Shown here in pieces: positions 1 to 9,919 of a stretch of 64,000 bases of DNA. Both the position numbers and the translations under genes were made by a program. A model generated the notes under the pieces. The model was not told where the DNA came from and made no database searches. It worked only from the letters and a program-made list of their open reading frames with translations. Origin of the DNA: Planctomycetota bacterium. Lineage in GTDB: Bacteria > Planctomycetota > UBA1135 > GCA-002686595. Position 1 is the first letter of the stretch. Every line of letters starts with the position of its first letter. The stretch lies in the NCBI GenBank assembly GCA_016714045.1, contig JADJNY010000006.1, forward strand, positions 287,121 through 351,120, written 5' to 3'.

Positions 1-1
1 G

Positions 2-556
2 GAGAAGCGCGAGCCCTCCGACGACGCGAAGCGCCTGCGCTGGATCGACGCGAAGAACGAGGGCGCGCGCTTCGTCGCGTGGAAACCGTTCCAGCACCCC
101 GAGCTCGGCGCCGTCGAGATCGGCGGCTTCGCGCCGTACGCGCTGATCGAGCCGCCCGAGGGTGAGCGCGCCGCGATCGCGGACGGACAGCGCGCGTTCC
201 TCGCGTCGCTCGGCGCCGCGCTGGCGCGCGTGAAGCTCGTCGACGCGCGCGCGAAGGACCTCGGCGGCGTGTGGAAGGTCGAGGTCGCGGTCGAGAACGC
301 GTCCTACCTGCCGCTCCTCACCGCCGCGGGCCGTCGCACGAGCGCTCCGCGTCCGGCGCGCGTCGTGCTGCGCCTGCCGCCGAGCGCGACGCTCGTCGCG
401 GGCGACAAACAGACGCTCGTGCGCGACCTCCCGGGGAGCGGCGGGCGCAAGGAGCTCACGTGGCTCGTGCTCGGCGCCGCGCCGAGCCAGATCCAGATCG
501 AAGTGGACACCGACGCCGCCGGGACTGCCGTCGCGTCGCCCGTGATCGTCAAGTGA
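2..556 (+). CDS. M14-type peptidase paralog, C-terminal part (5' end lies outside the window)
   Basis: The frame is open from the window edge to TGA at 554-556. The tail (..FVAWKPFQHPELGAVEIGGF.. followed by a beta-rich domain) parallels the C-terminal region of the next gene (..FVDWHPYEHPLYGKVELGGY..). Confidence 0.6.
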   Translation, partial: EKREPSDDAKRLRWIDAKNEGARFVAWKPFQHPELGAVEIGGFAPYALIEPPEGERAAIADGQRAFLASLGAALARVKLVDARAKDLGGVWKVEVAVENASYLPLLTAAGRRTSAPRPARVVLRLPPSATLVAGDKQTLVRDLPGSGGRKELTWLVLGAAPSQIQIEVDTDAAGTAVASPVIVK

Positions 557-573
557 ACGTGGAGCACCGCGCC

Positions 574-2368
574 GTGAAGCACCAACTCGCACCGACGATC
601 GCCCTCGCGCTCACCACCGCCCTCGCCGTCGCGCAGAACGCGGCGCCGAACGACAAGCCCGCCGTCGCCGGCGCGGGCCCCGGTTTCCCCGGCACCGCCG
701 TGGGCCACGTGCCCAAGGTCGAGATCGCGTGGAACCGCTTCTACGACTACCCCGACTTGCTCGCGCACTTCGACCGCGTCGAAGCGGCCTTCCCCACGTT
801 CGTGCGGCACGAGGTGATCGGACACTCGGTCGAGAACCGCGAGCTGCGCGTCTACACCGTGACCGACCCGCGCACGGGCCCCGCGCACACGAAGCCCGCG
901 ATGTGGATCGACGGCAACGTGCACGGGAACGAAGTGCAGGGCGGCGAGGCCGCGCTCTACGCGCTGTGGTACCTGTGCGAGAACGCGGGCTCGAACGCCG
1001 AGGTCACGAAGCTGCTCGAGGACGCCACGTTCTACGTGCTCCCCGCGCAGAACCCCGACGGCCGCGCCCATTGGTTCGAAAAGGCGCACAACGCGCACAG
1101 CTCGCGAACGGGCGTCCTGCCGACGGACGACGACGACGACGGGCTCTTCGACGAGGACCCCGCGGACGACCTCGACGGCGACGGACAGATCGTGCAGATG
1201 CGCAAGTTCGTCCCCGGTCAGGGCACCCATCGCCAGGATCCCGACGAGCCGCGCCTGCTCGTACCGGTGCCGCCGAACGACGTCGGACGGCGCGGCGACT
1301 GGATCCTCCTCGGCGAGGAAGGCACCGACGACGACGGCGACGGCCGCATCAACGAGGACGACCCGGGCGGCTACGACGAACCGCGCGTGGCCGTCGTCGT
1401 GGGCGCCCGAGCACGTGCAGTTCGGCGCGGGGCCGTACCCGCTCTACTGGCCCGAGCCGCGCGCGATCGCGAGCTTCATCCAGGCGCACCCGAACATCGC
1501 GGCGGTGCAGTCCTTCCACAACGCGGGCGGCATGATCCTGCGCGGGCCGGGCACGGAGTCCTTCGGCGAGTACCCGAACGAAGACGTGCGCGTGTACGAC
1601 GAGCTCGGCCGCACGGGCGAGGCGATGCTGCCCTTCTACAAGTACATGGTCATCTGGAAGGACCTGTACACGGTGTGGGGCGGGTTCGTGAACTGGACCT
1701 ACGAGGGGCTCGGCATCGTGTCGTTCACAAACGAGCTCTGGAACGACGACCAGTACTTCCAGAGCGCTCCGAAGCCCGTCGAAGGCGGCGAGAAGGAGCG
1801 CCGGTGGTTCGACGACAAGCTGCTCCAGCGCGCGGGCTTCGTCGACTGGCATCCGTACGAGCACCCGCTCTACGGCAAGGTCGAGCTCGGCGGCTACCGG
1901 AAGGACGTCGGGCGCGTCCCGCCGACGTTCTTGATCGAGGAGATGCTGCACCGGAACGCGCTCTTCTGCCTGGAGCACGCGAAGGCGATGCCGAAGGTCG
2001 TGCTCGGCGAGGTCGTCGTCACGGAGCTCGGCGACGGCGTCAAGGCGATCGACCTCATCGCGCGCAACTTGCACGCGATCCCCACGCGCACGGCGATGGC
2101 GGCGCGCGCGAAGACGGGCGTGCCGGACACGTTCACGCTGCAGGGCAAGGGCTTGACCGTGCTCGCGGGCGGCGTGCGCAGCGATCGCTTCCGTCCGGAG
2201 CGCATCGAGCTGCAGGAGAAGAACCCCGAGCGGCTCCTACGCGAGCGCGGCGTCGGATCGCGGGGTGAGTTGCGCCTGCGGTGGCTCGTCCGCGGCAAGG
2301 CGGACAAGGCCGTCGTGACCTACGAAGGCGAGAAGGCGCGCAAGGTCGAGCTCGAGATCAAGCTCTGA
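574..2368 (+). pseudogene. M14 zinc carboxypeptidase with signal peptide; reading frame broken near 1376-1380
   Basis: Frame 1 gives a signal peptide (VKHQLAPTIALALTTALAVAQ), the HGNEVQGGE zinc motif and an Asp-rich insert ending ..DDPGGYD. Frame 2 continues NRAWPSSWAPEHVQFGAGPYPLYWPE..SFHNAGGMILRGPG.. to TGA at 2366-2368. Only 1 nt separates the D codon (1375-1377) from the N codon (1379-1381). The GTG 574 start is a guess; GTG 553 and 559 are also in frame. Confidence 0.8.
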
Positions 2369-2388
2369 CGCTCGGGGCGCCGCCGCGC

Positions 2389-3291
2389 TCATGGCGTCGC
2401 CACGCGCTCGATCTCGCGCGGGGTCCACGCTTTCGTCGTCGCGTCCTGCGTGAGTTCGAAGCGCACGATCTGCTTCGCGCCGAAGCAGCGCACGCGGAGG
2501 CCGGGCTTCGCGCCGCCCTCCACGCTCACGATGCCGTTCGCGCCCGGGGCCGCGCGGCCGGGCTCGCCTTCGACGCGATCGTCGTCGACGGCGAAGCGCC
2601 ACGTGCTGAGGCCGCTCCCATCGACGAGGTGGTATTGCGAACGGTAGAGCGTCGGCCGCTCGCCGCGCACCCACGCATGGACGAGCACGAGCCCAGTGCC
2701 CGCGACGGGCACGGCGCCCGCGCAGCCGAACGACGCCGGGCTGTCGGCGAGTCGCGGGCGCCATTCGACGGGTTTCCCCGTCGCGAGGCTCCACACGAGC
2801 CACACCTCGCCCTTCTGGGGCACCGACCAGGACCACGCTGCGATCCGCCGCTCGCCCTCGTCGACGAACCAGCCGCGGACGCGCTCGATGCACCCGGCGA
2901 AGTCGCGCCCCAAGCCTTCGCACGTGATGCGCTGGTCGAGCCGCGGCGTGCCGTCTGGCGCGAGAAAGACGACGTGTGCGCGGTCCTGGTCGCGCGCCGG
3001 CGTCTCACCGTAGCCGAGCCCCGCGACGCTGCCGTCGGAGAGCACGCGCACGTCCTCGAGCGCGCAGTCGAGACCGCGCTGCCAGCGGCGCGTCGTGCCC
3101 TCGAAGAGCTGGTAGGTCCCGCGACCGGTGAACGTGCAGGCGGGATCGGCGACGGTCGAGACCTCGGAGACGAGCGCGGCGTGCAGCCGGAATCGTCCGT
3201 CCGCCGACGCGACGTCGAACGCTCGCGTGTCGCGCTTCACGTAGCCCTGGGCGGCGAGGACGAGGACGAGGAACGAGGTGGTGCAGATCAC
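2389..3291 (-). CDS. secreted hypothetical protein
   Basis: GTG at 3291 gives VICTTSFLVLVLAAQG, which looks like a signal peptide. The rest is non-Arg-rich and Trp/Asp-rich with high GC3. The 5' extension of the ORF to 3477 looks non-coding (Arg/Ser-rich). Confidence 0.55.
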   Translation of the reverse strand: MICTTSFLVLVLAAQGYVKRDTRAFDVASADGRFRLHAALVSEVSTVADPACTFTGRGTYQLFEGTTRRWQRGLDCALEDVRVLSDGSVAGLGYGETPARDQDRAHVVFLAPDGTPRLDQRITCEGLGRDFAGCIERVRGWFVDEGERRIAAWSWSVPQKGEVWLVWSLATGKPVEWRPRLADSPASFGCAGAVPVAGTGLVLVHAWVRGERPTLYRSQYHLVDGSGLSTWRFAVDDDRVEGEPGRAAPGANGIVSVEGGAKPGLRVRCFGAKQIVRFELTQDATTKAWTPREIERVATP

Positions 3292-3334
3292 GCGCTGAAG
3301 GTACGCGCCCGCTCCGTTCCCCGCGAGGGCTTCG

Positions 3335-5637
3335 TCAGCGCCGCTCGACGAGCGTGAGGTGCGCCTCCTGCACGATCGCGAGCCGTCCGCTCGCCGAATC
3401 GGCGTACACGTCGGCTCCGGGCCCCGTCCCGTCGATCCGAGACGTCGTGCTCGCACCGAGCGCCAGGACGTCGACACCGCGCGGCGTCGCTACGGCGAGT
3501 TCGTCGGCCGCGAGCCAAGCGACGGGCTCACCGGCGCTCTCCGTGGGGATCCGCAGCTCACCCGCGCGGCCTTCGGATGCGGACCAGACGTAGGCGAGCT
3601 CCACTTCGGAGTAGCTCGCGACGAAACGCTCGCCGTCGGGAGCCACGTGGAGCCGCGCGAAGTGGCCGTAGCACTCGTCCGGAGCCTCGAACGCGAGGAG
3701 CACGCGGCCGTCGGTGGCATCGCGCACCTCGACGAGGCCGGCGTGGCTCACGGTGACGAACTTGCGTCCATCCGCCGTCCACCCGAAGGACCGATGCCGC
3801 GCATCCTCGCTCATCGTCGCGGGCCCGCTCGACGTCTCGAACGAGAGCTTGCCCTGCTCGTCGAAGACGTGCACTCGATGGCCGTTGCGCACGGCGAGTC
3901 GTCGGCCGCTCGGATCGAAGTCGAGGAACTCGGGACTCGAGAGCGGGAGCGTCGCGCTCCACGCGGGCCGTTTGCTCGGGAGCTCGAGCACGCGCACCTG
4001 GAGGCTCGACGCCCGTCCGGCCGCCACGCGCACGCGATGCGGCCTCCGTCGGGGCTGAGCGCGAGCGGGGCGCCGGGCCGGCCGAGTTCGACCTCCTCTA
4101 CGGCTCCACCGGCCAGCGTGACGCGCACGCGCCCCTCGATCCGTACGGCGTGGATGGGCGCCGAGGCCGCACGCGTCCATGGCGCGCGCGCGTGCACGAC
4201 ACCGCCGTCCACGCGCGACGCGACGCCGCCGAGCCACGCCACGGCAGCACTCGGCACGGGCTCTCCGACGAGCACGCCGGATGCGTCGAGCACTCGCGCC
4301 GCTCGTCGCGACGACACGAGGACGCCGACCGGACCGAACTGGACGTCCTGGATCGCGGCGCGGTGCGACCCGATCGCGAAGGGCGCTCCGACCTCGTCGA
4401 GCCCCGCGGAGAGAAGCCGTCCACCGTCGACGAACCAGGCGCGGGCATCGCGCACCTCGCACGGCACGTTGCGCCGATCGTACTCGTCGTAGATCCAGCT
4501 CGTCGTCGAGAGGATGCGGAGGAGGCGCGCGTCCTCGTGACACGAGAATCGCCCCTCGGAGTCGCGCAGGAGCGTGATCCGCTCGAAGACGCGCCCCTCC
4601 TGCGCCGCAACGGGGCCGAAGAGACGACGCTCTCGGTCGATGAGCGCATAGCGCCCTCCACCTTCGACGAGCACGCGTCCGTCGTCGTGTTTCAGCCCGC
4701 GCACGGGGCCCGCGAGGGCCTGGACGCGTGCGACGCGCTTCGCTCCGTCCCAGAACGCGACCGAGCCGTCTGCGTGCCCCGTCACGCGCTGCGCACCGAA
4801 GTCCACGAGCGCGCGCACGCCGCTCGCGAACCGGGCGCGCTCCTTCCCGTCGAGGCCGTACACGCGCACGACGCCCTGCACGGGGAACGCGACCTCGTCC
4901 GCGGTGACCGCGAGCTGATCGCCAGGACACGGGTTCGACTCGGGCTGTTGCTCGACCCAGTGGAAGCGCGCGAGCTCGGCGCCTCCATCGACCGCGTACC
5001 AGCCCAGGTCGAGTTCGTCCTCGCGTCGCCCGTCCGGCACTCGTCCCCCGACGCAACCGGACACGCGCGCGACGACGACCTGCCTCCCACCCGCGACGAT
5101 GGCGAAACGACGCTCCGTGCACTGCGGACCGCGGCCGAGGATGCGCGTGCTCGACACGTGGAGCGACTGGAAGTCGGAAGGATGGAAGAGCGCGGCACCG
5201 CCCTCGTGGAGGTGGAGCTCCGCACCCTCGCGCCAGACACCGAGATCGCGGTCGCTCCGCTCCGTGCCCGGGCCGAGCGGGATCGTGCTCCAGCCCGTGA
5301 GCTCCTTCCCGTCCGTCGAACTCCACACCCGGAACGTGTCGGGGCGCCAGTGGGGCACGTGCGCCGCGAGGAGCTTCGAGTCGTCGCTGAAAGCGAGCAG
5401 CGCGCCGTGGTCTCCAGCACCGTCGTAGCGCGCGATCTCGGCCCGACGCTCGACGTCCCAAAGCACGACGCGGCCGTCCTCGCCCGCGGTCGCGGCGCGG
5501 GCACCGTCCGGGGACACGACGAAGCGCTCGACGTCGCCCGCGAGCGGCTCGCACTGGCCGACGACGCGCCAGGGGGACACCGCGGCGCCCGGTGCCTGGA
5601 GGACGAACGCCAAAACGAGGCCGAGCGAGATCGACAT
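3335..5637 (-). pseudogene. secreted beta-propeller (WD40-like) repeat protein; frame broken near 4028-4036
   Basis: ATG at 5637 gives the signal peptide MSISLGLVLAFVLQAPGAA. Repeats such as VVSPDGARAATAGEDGRVVLWDV follow. The frame of ORF 3811..5682 is credible down to ..LALSPDGGRIA. The frame of ORF 3335..5695 then continues VAAGRASSLQVRVLELPSKRPAW..FDPSGRRLAVRNGHRVHVFD.. to the stop at 3335-3337. The junction is 5 nt long, i.e. one base short of two codons. Confidence 0.7.
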
Positions 5638-5763
5638 ACTGGAACGAGCTACGAAGGGCGACTCGAGAGGAAGACAGCGCACGGCCGGTGTGCACGACCC
5701 CGTGCGGCGCGCGCCGATGGACGACCGATGCGCGGCGGCGTTAGCGCGAGTCCGCGAGGAATC

Positions 5764-6774
5764 TCACAGTCCGACGCTCCAGCTCGCGAAGAACGTGAAG
5801 TCGGGGCCCGACTCGGCGACGACGTCGTCCTCGAAGCCGACGATCAGCGTCGACGATGGGCCCGTGTCGAGCGCGAGCCCGACGTCGGCGGAGATCGTCT
5901 CCCGGTCGAGCTCCTTGATGCGGAAGTCGCGCGTCACGGGCGCGTTCACGATCAGACCGCCGAGCAGCGAGAGCGAGTCGTTCCAGCGGTACTCGAGCCC
6001 CCACTGCGCTCCGAGGTCGTCCTCCACGTCGACGCCGCTGCCGACGAAGGAGCTCGGACGGCGCGTGAAGACGTAGTCGACGGCGCCCGTCATCGTCCAA
6101 CGGCCCCACGACTTCTCCGCGAGCACGCCTCCGCCCCAGTCGAGCGCTCCGTTGCCGAAGCCCTTCGATTCGGACCCGATCGGCAGGTCGGCGCCCACGC
6201 GCACGGCGACGGCGGGCGTCGAGCTCGTCTCGTCGACGACGGCGTGCGTCAGCACGACGGGCACGTCACCGATCGCGGGCTCGCCGCCTTCGAGGTGGTA
6301 GATCGAGCGGCCGTCCTTCTCGATCTCCATCTCGTACGTGAAGCGCTCGCGCTCGCCGCGTCCGCCGCCAGGGAACCCGAAGAAGTCGTGCCAGCTCTCG
6401 ACGAAGCGGTCGAGGAAGCCGTTCGACGCGTACACGATGGGCAGCTCGACCTCGAGGTCCGTGCGCGGCCCGACGCCGTACGTGAGCGCGAAGCTCGTGC
6501 GCCAGAGCTCGCCGTCGAGCACGACGCGCTCGTCGCCGACGTCGCCGTTCTCGAAGATCGACGAGTACTCGCTCGTGATGCGCAGCGAGTGCGCGTCCTC
6601 CGCCTCCGTGCGCGCCGAGCGCGGACGGAAGGCGAGGAACGTGAGCTTGTTCGGCTGCTGAACGCGCGTCGGGATCGGCCCGCGCACCCTGGGCCGCGGC
6701 GCGTCCGAGTGCGACGCGACGAGCGCGCAGGCCGGCGTGACGAGGGCGATCGCGAGGAGCGGGAGCGCGCGCAT
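5764..6774 (-). CDS. outer-membrane beta-barrel-like protein, DUF3187-like
   Basis: Signal peptide MRALPLLAIALVTPACALVA. Alternating beta-strand pattern with an aromatic C-terminus (..FFASWSVGL). The motif DGELWRTSFALTYGVG..LEVELPIVYASNGFLDRFVESWHDFFGFPGGGR resembles DUF3187 as I recall it. Confidence 0.5.
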   Translation of the reverse strand: MRALPLLAIALVTPACALVASHSDAPRPRVRGPIPTRVQQPNKLTFLAFRPRSARTEAEDAHSLRITSEYSSIFENGDVGDERVVLDGELWRTSFALTYGVGPRTDLEVELPIVYASNGFLDRFVESWHDFFGFPGGGRGERERFTYEMEIEKDGRSIYHLEGGEPAIGDVPVVLTHAVVDETSSTPAVAVRVGADLPIGSESKGFGNGALDWGGGVLAEKSWGRWTMTGAVDYVFTRRPSSFVGSGVDVEDDLGAQWGLEYRWNDSLSLLGGLIVNAPVTRDFRIKELDRETISADVGLALDTGPSSTLIVGFEDDVVAESGPDFTFFASWSVGL

Positions 6775-6999
6775 GGGCGCGACGTTCTACCCGGACGGCG
6801 CGCGAGCGCGCCAGCACGTCGTGCGTGAAAGCGCCACGCGGCGCGAGAACGGACGCGCGCCGCGGGTGCGAGCTCGCGCGGCGGCCGTGGGAGCTCGCGC
6901 GCCGGACGCGGGCTCGCGCGCCAGGTGCACGCTTGCGGTGGGCGCGAGCTCAGGGGGCGTTTGCACGCTCGCGCGATTGGCTCCCGACCGCGCTCCGCG

Positions 7000-8796
7000 T
7001 CACAACGTCCAGGTGATCTCGAGCCCGTTCGTCGTGTTGAACGTCGACGGCGTGCAGAAGCTCGCGGCGTTGCGGTAGAGCGCTTGGTAGTGCCGCACGC
7101 CGGGCTGCGTCACCGCGCCGAGCGTCGAGATCGCCGCCGTGCTCCCCGCGCCGACCGACGCGCTCCCGCCCGCCGCGGCGACGGTGCGCAGGCGCACGAG
7201 CGCGCCGCCGAGACACAGGAGCCCGTCGCCGAAGACCAAGGCGACCGCGGCCGGCTGCGCCGCTTGCACGAAGCTCGTCGGCGCGTTCGTGGTCGTGCTC
7301 AGCGTGCGCAGCACGAGCGTGTCGCTGCCCAGGCTCGCGACGCCTTCGTCGCGCAGCGTCGCAGCGACGCCGAGCGAGTTGCGACAGCCCGCCTGCTCGA
7401 GCACGCCGCTCGCATTCCCGCACGGACACGCCGTCGAGCTGCCGTCGCCGAAGCAGAACGGCACGCCTTGCTCGTGCACGCGGCCGGCGAGCACCTGCGC
7501 GGCGCCCGTCGTGACGTCGGCAGACTGCCCGGCGAAGACGAAGTCCCCCGGTGAGGTCTGGAACACTGCGATCAAGCCCTGCCCCGCGGTGGCGGGCGCC
7601 GTCGTGCGGAACTCGCCGCGCGGAGAGCCGCTCGCGTCGTGACGCAGGAGCAGGCCCGGGCCCGTGGAGCTCGTCGACTCGCTGCCCGCCGCCGCGCTGT
7701 TGCCCGCCGCGTCGACGGCGATCGAGAAGAGCTGCACTTTCGGTCCGGGCGCAGCGCCGAAGACGCGCATCCACCGCTGCGCACCGCTCCCGTCGCAGCT
7801 GAAGACGATCCCGCGCGAGTACGGCGCCGCGGACTCGTCGACGCAGCCCACCGCGTAGACGTTCCCGGCGGCATCGAGCGCGACGTCGTTGACCTGCTGG
7901 TCCTCGTTCGTCCCGTCGTCGAACGTCTGCGACCACAGCTCGTTGCCGTTCGCGTCGTGACATCCGACCCACGCCTTCAACGTCGACGGCGCGGTGAGCG
8001 CGGCCCCCGCGACGACGATGCGCCCCGCGCCGTCGACCGCGACGCGCCGCCGGATCGGCGTGCGCATCGTCGCGACGGGCCGCGGCACGTTCCACAGCTG
8101 CACACCCGCAGCGTCGAAGCGCAGGAGCGAACCGTCGTTCGGCGTGACGCCCGAGTACGTGTCGAGCACGATGACGCCGCCGCCCGGATAGGGCGCGACG
8201 TCGAGGAACGGCAGGCTCCCCGGCAGCGCGACGTCGTTCACCACGACGCCCGCGTTCGAAACGACGAACAGGAAGGGCAGCGAGTAAGGGAACGTACCGC
8301 CGCCGCGCGCGGCGCCGACGACGAACGCGGTGCCGTTCGCGTCAAGGCACACGCGCTGACCCTGATCGTTGAGCGCCGTCGCGCGCGTCGCCGTCCACAG
8401 CACGTTGCCGTTCGTGTCGAGCCGCAAGAGGTTCAGGTCGTACGCGGGCGGCCCGACGACGGCCGAGCTCGACACGAGCAGGAGGACGTCGCCGGTCGCC
8501 GGGTCCTCGACGAGGTCGTTGACGAGGTCGTACCGGCCACCCGGCGCGAACGCGCGCGTCCAGAGCAGCGCTCCGTTCGCGTCGTACTCGACGAGCTCGA
8601 CGGAGTACAGGGACGGCGCGGGGCCCGCGATCGAGCGGCCGACGAGGATCCCGCCCGCCGCCGTCGGCGCGCTCTTCGGCGCGTCGAGGCCGGCCGGCAG
8701 CGCTTGCTGCCAGACGGGGCGGAGCTCGGCGCCCGCGGAGCGAGCGGACACGACGAGGGAAGCGAGGAGGGCGAGGGAACGGAGCCGTGCGAGCAT
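7000..8796 (-). CDS. secreted beta-propeller repeat protein with a Cys-rich C-terminal domain
   Basis: ATG at 8796 gives the signal peptide MLARLRSLALLASLVVSARSAGA. Repeated D(A/T)NGN..W / V..D..GN.Y.VG blades follow. The last 151 aa (CFGDGSSTACPCGN..YRNAASFCTPSTFNTTNGLEITWTL) are paralogous to the tail of 53267..55789. Confidence 0.75.
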   Translation of the reverse strand: MLARLRSLALLASLVVSARSAGAELRPVWQQALPAGLDAPKSAPTAAGGILVGRSIAGPAPSLYSVELVEYDANGALLWTRAFAPGGRYDLVNDLVEDPATGDVLLLVSSSAVVGPPAYDLNLLRLDTNGNVLWTATRATALNDQGQRVCLDANGTAFVVGAARGGGTFPYSLPFLFVVSNAGVVVNDVALPGSLPFLDVAPYPGGGVIVLDTYSGVTPNDGSLLRFDAAGVQLWNVPRPVATMRTPIRRRVAVDGAGRIVVAGAALTAPSTLKAWVGCHDANGNELWSQTFDDGTNEDQQVNDVALDAAGNVYAVGCVDESAAPYSRGIVFSCDGSGAQRWMRVFGAAPGPKVQLFSIAVDAAGNSAAAGSESTSSTGPGLLLRHDASGSPRGEFRTTAPATAGQGLIAVFQTSPGDFVFAGQSADVTTGAAQVLAGRVHEQGVPFCFGDGSSTACPCGNASGVLEQAGCRNSLGVAATLRDEGVASLGSDTLVLRTLSTTTNAPTSFVQAAQPAAVALVFGDGLLCLGGALVRLRTVAAAGGSASVGAGSTAAISTLGAVTQPGVRHYQALYRNAASFCTPSTFNTTNGLEITWTL

Positions 8797-8868
8797 GGTG
8801 GGAAGACCTCAGCGCGTGCTAGCCGCGCTCCGCGAGCGGGTCACGGCCTTCCGCGCACCGCGAGCGAT

Positions 8869-9852
8869 TCAAGGGAGCACGAGACGGAGCTCGCGGTCCT
8901 CGACGGGAACGTTCGTCGCCGTCGTTTCGCTCTCGGGCACGAGTTCGCGCTCACCGGCCTGCGCGCGGGGCCGCGTGCGCCAGGCGGTGAAGGACAGCGC
9001 GCGCCCTTCGGGCTGCACGATGCGCGTGCGCCCCCGGGCGTCGAGCGCGAGTTCGCGCGCCGTGACGCAGCCGTGCAGCCCCGCGACGTGGAGCCGCGCA
9101 TCGGGCACGGCGGCGCCGCGCGCGTCGACGATGGCGACCGTGAGCGCGCGTTCGATCGGCTGGACGAGCTCGAGGTGCTCGAGGCCCGCCCGCGATTTCC
9201 ACTCGAAGTCCGCCATCGTCACGCGCCCTTCGAGCGACGCGCGATCAGCCAGCGCGTCGACGTGGAGCCAGCACTCGCCGCGCTCGAAGCCGACGAGACG
9301 AAAGCCGCCGAGCGCGTCGGCCGGCACGCTCCACGCGATCGGCACGCCGCCCGCGCCGTTCGCGCCGATGCGCACGCCGACGACGGGCTCGCCGTATTTG
9401 TCGACGACGCGCCCCGCGATCACGAGGCTGAGCGGGAGGTCGAGCGCGAGCGCGTGCGTCTCGCCGCGCGCGAGCTCGATTGTCTTCGTGAAGTCCGCGC
9501 GCCCCGCGTTGTGCACGACGAGCTCCCACGCGCCGGGCTCGAGCCCCTCCGCCAAAAAACGGCCGTCTGGCGCGAGCTCGAGCGTGGCGGAGCGCCGCCC
9601 GTTCGCGACGCGCGCGTCCCCCACGACGGGCGCGGTCCGCCGCAGCTCGACGACCGCGGGCCCGATCGCGCGTCCTTCGACTTCGTGCACGACACCGCCG
9701 AGCGTCGCGGTCGCGATCTCCGCGGAGTGGGGCCGGGTCTCGATGAGCGAGGGATGTTGACACGCGGTCGCGAGCACGAGCAGCGCCGGGATCAGCGTGC
9801 GGAGGCACAACACGAACGCGCTCGGGAGTACGCGACGGGAAGCAGCGAGCAT
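8869..9852 (-). CDS. lipoprotein-like protein with CarboxypepD_reg-like (Ig-like beta-sandwich) repeats
   Basis: ATG at 9852. Signal peptide with a possible lipobox (LVLATAC). Motifs such as GGVVHEVEGRAIGPAVVEL and IAGRVVDKYGEPVVGVRIG are typical of carboxypeptidase-regulatory-like domains. Confidence 0.6.
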   Translation of the reverse strand: MLAASRRVLPSAFVLCLRTLIPALLVLATACQHPSLIETRPHSAEIATATLGGVVHEVEGRAIGPAVVELRRTAPVVGDARVANGRRSATLELAPDGRFLAEGLEPGAWELVVHNAGRADFTKTIELARGETHALALDLPLSLVIAGRVVDKYGEPVVGVRIGANGAGGVPIAWSVPADALGGFRLVGFERGECWLHVDALADRASLEGRVTMADFEWKSRAGLEHLELVQPIERALTVAIVDARGAAVPDARLHVAGLHGCVTARELALDARGRTRIVQPEGRALSFTAWRTRPRAQAGERELVPESETTATNVPVEDRELRLVLP

Positions 9853-9919
9853 GCGCCGATCCTACACGCCTCGCGGCGATCGGTAACGCGCGCGACCTCG
9901 ACCTCGCGCGTTCCGCGCC

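Noticed and set aside
1370-1385. The frame breaks at 1378, 4030 and 37325 considered as programmed ribosomal frameshift sites.
   Set aside because: No slippery heptamer or downstream stimulatory structure is visible. The breaks fall in GC runs within conserved cores, which fits indel errors or mutations better.
6866-6922. About three 19-21-bp near-repeats of G(A/G)GCTCGCGCG in the gap between 6774 and 7000, plus a TTGCACG motif at about 6964.
   Set aside because: The spacing is irregular and the motif is short GC-rich low-complexity sequence. I cannot distinguish it from background composition by eye.
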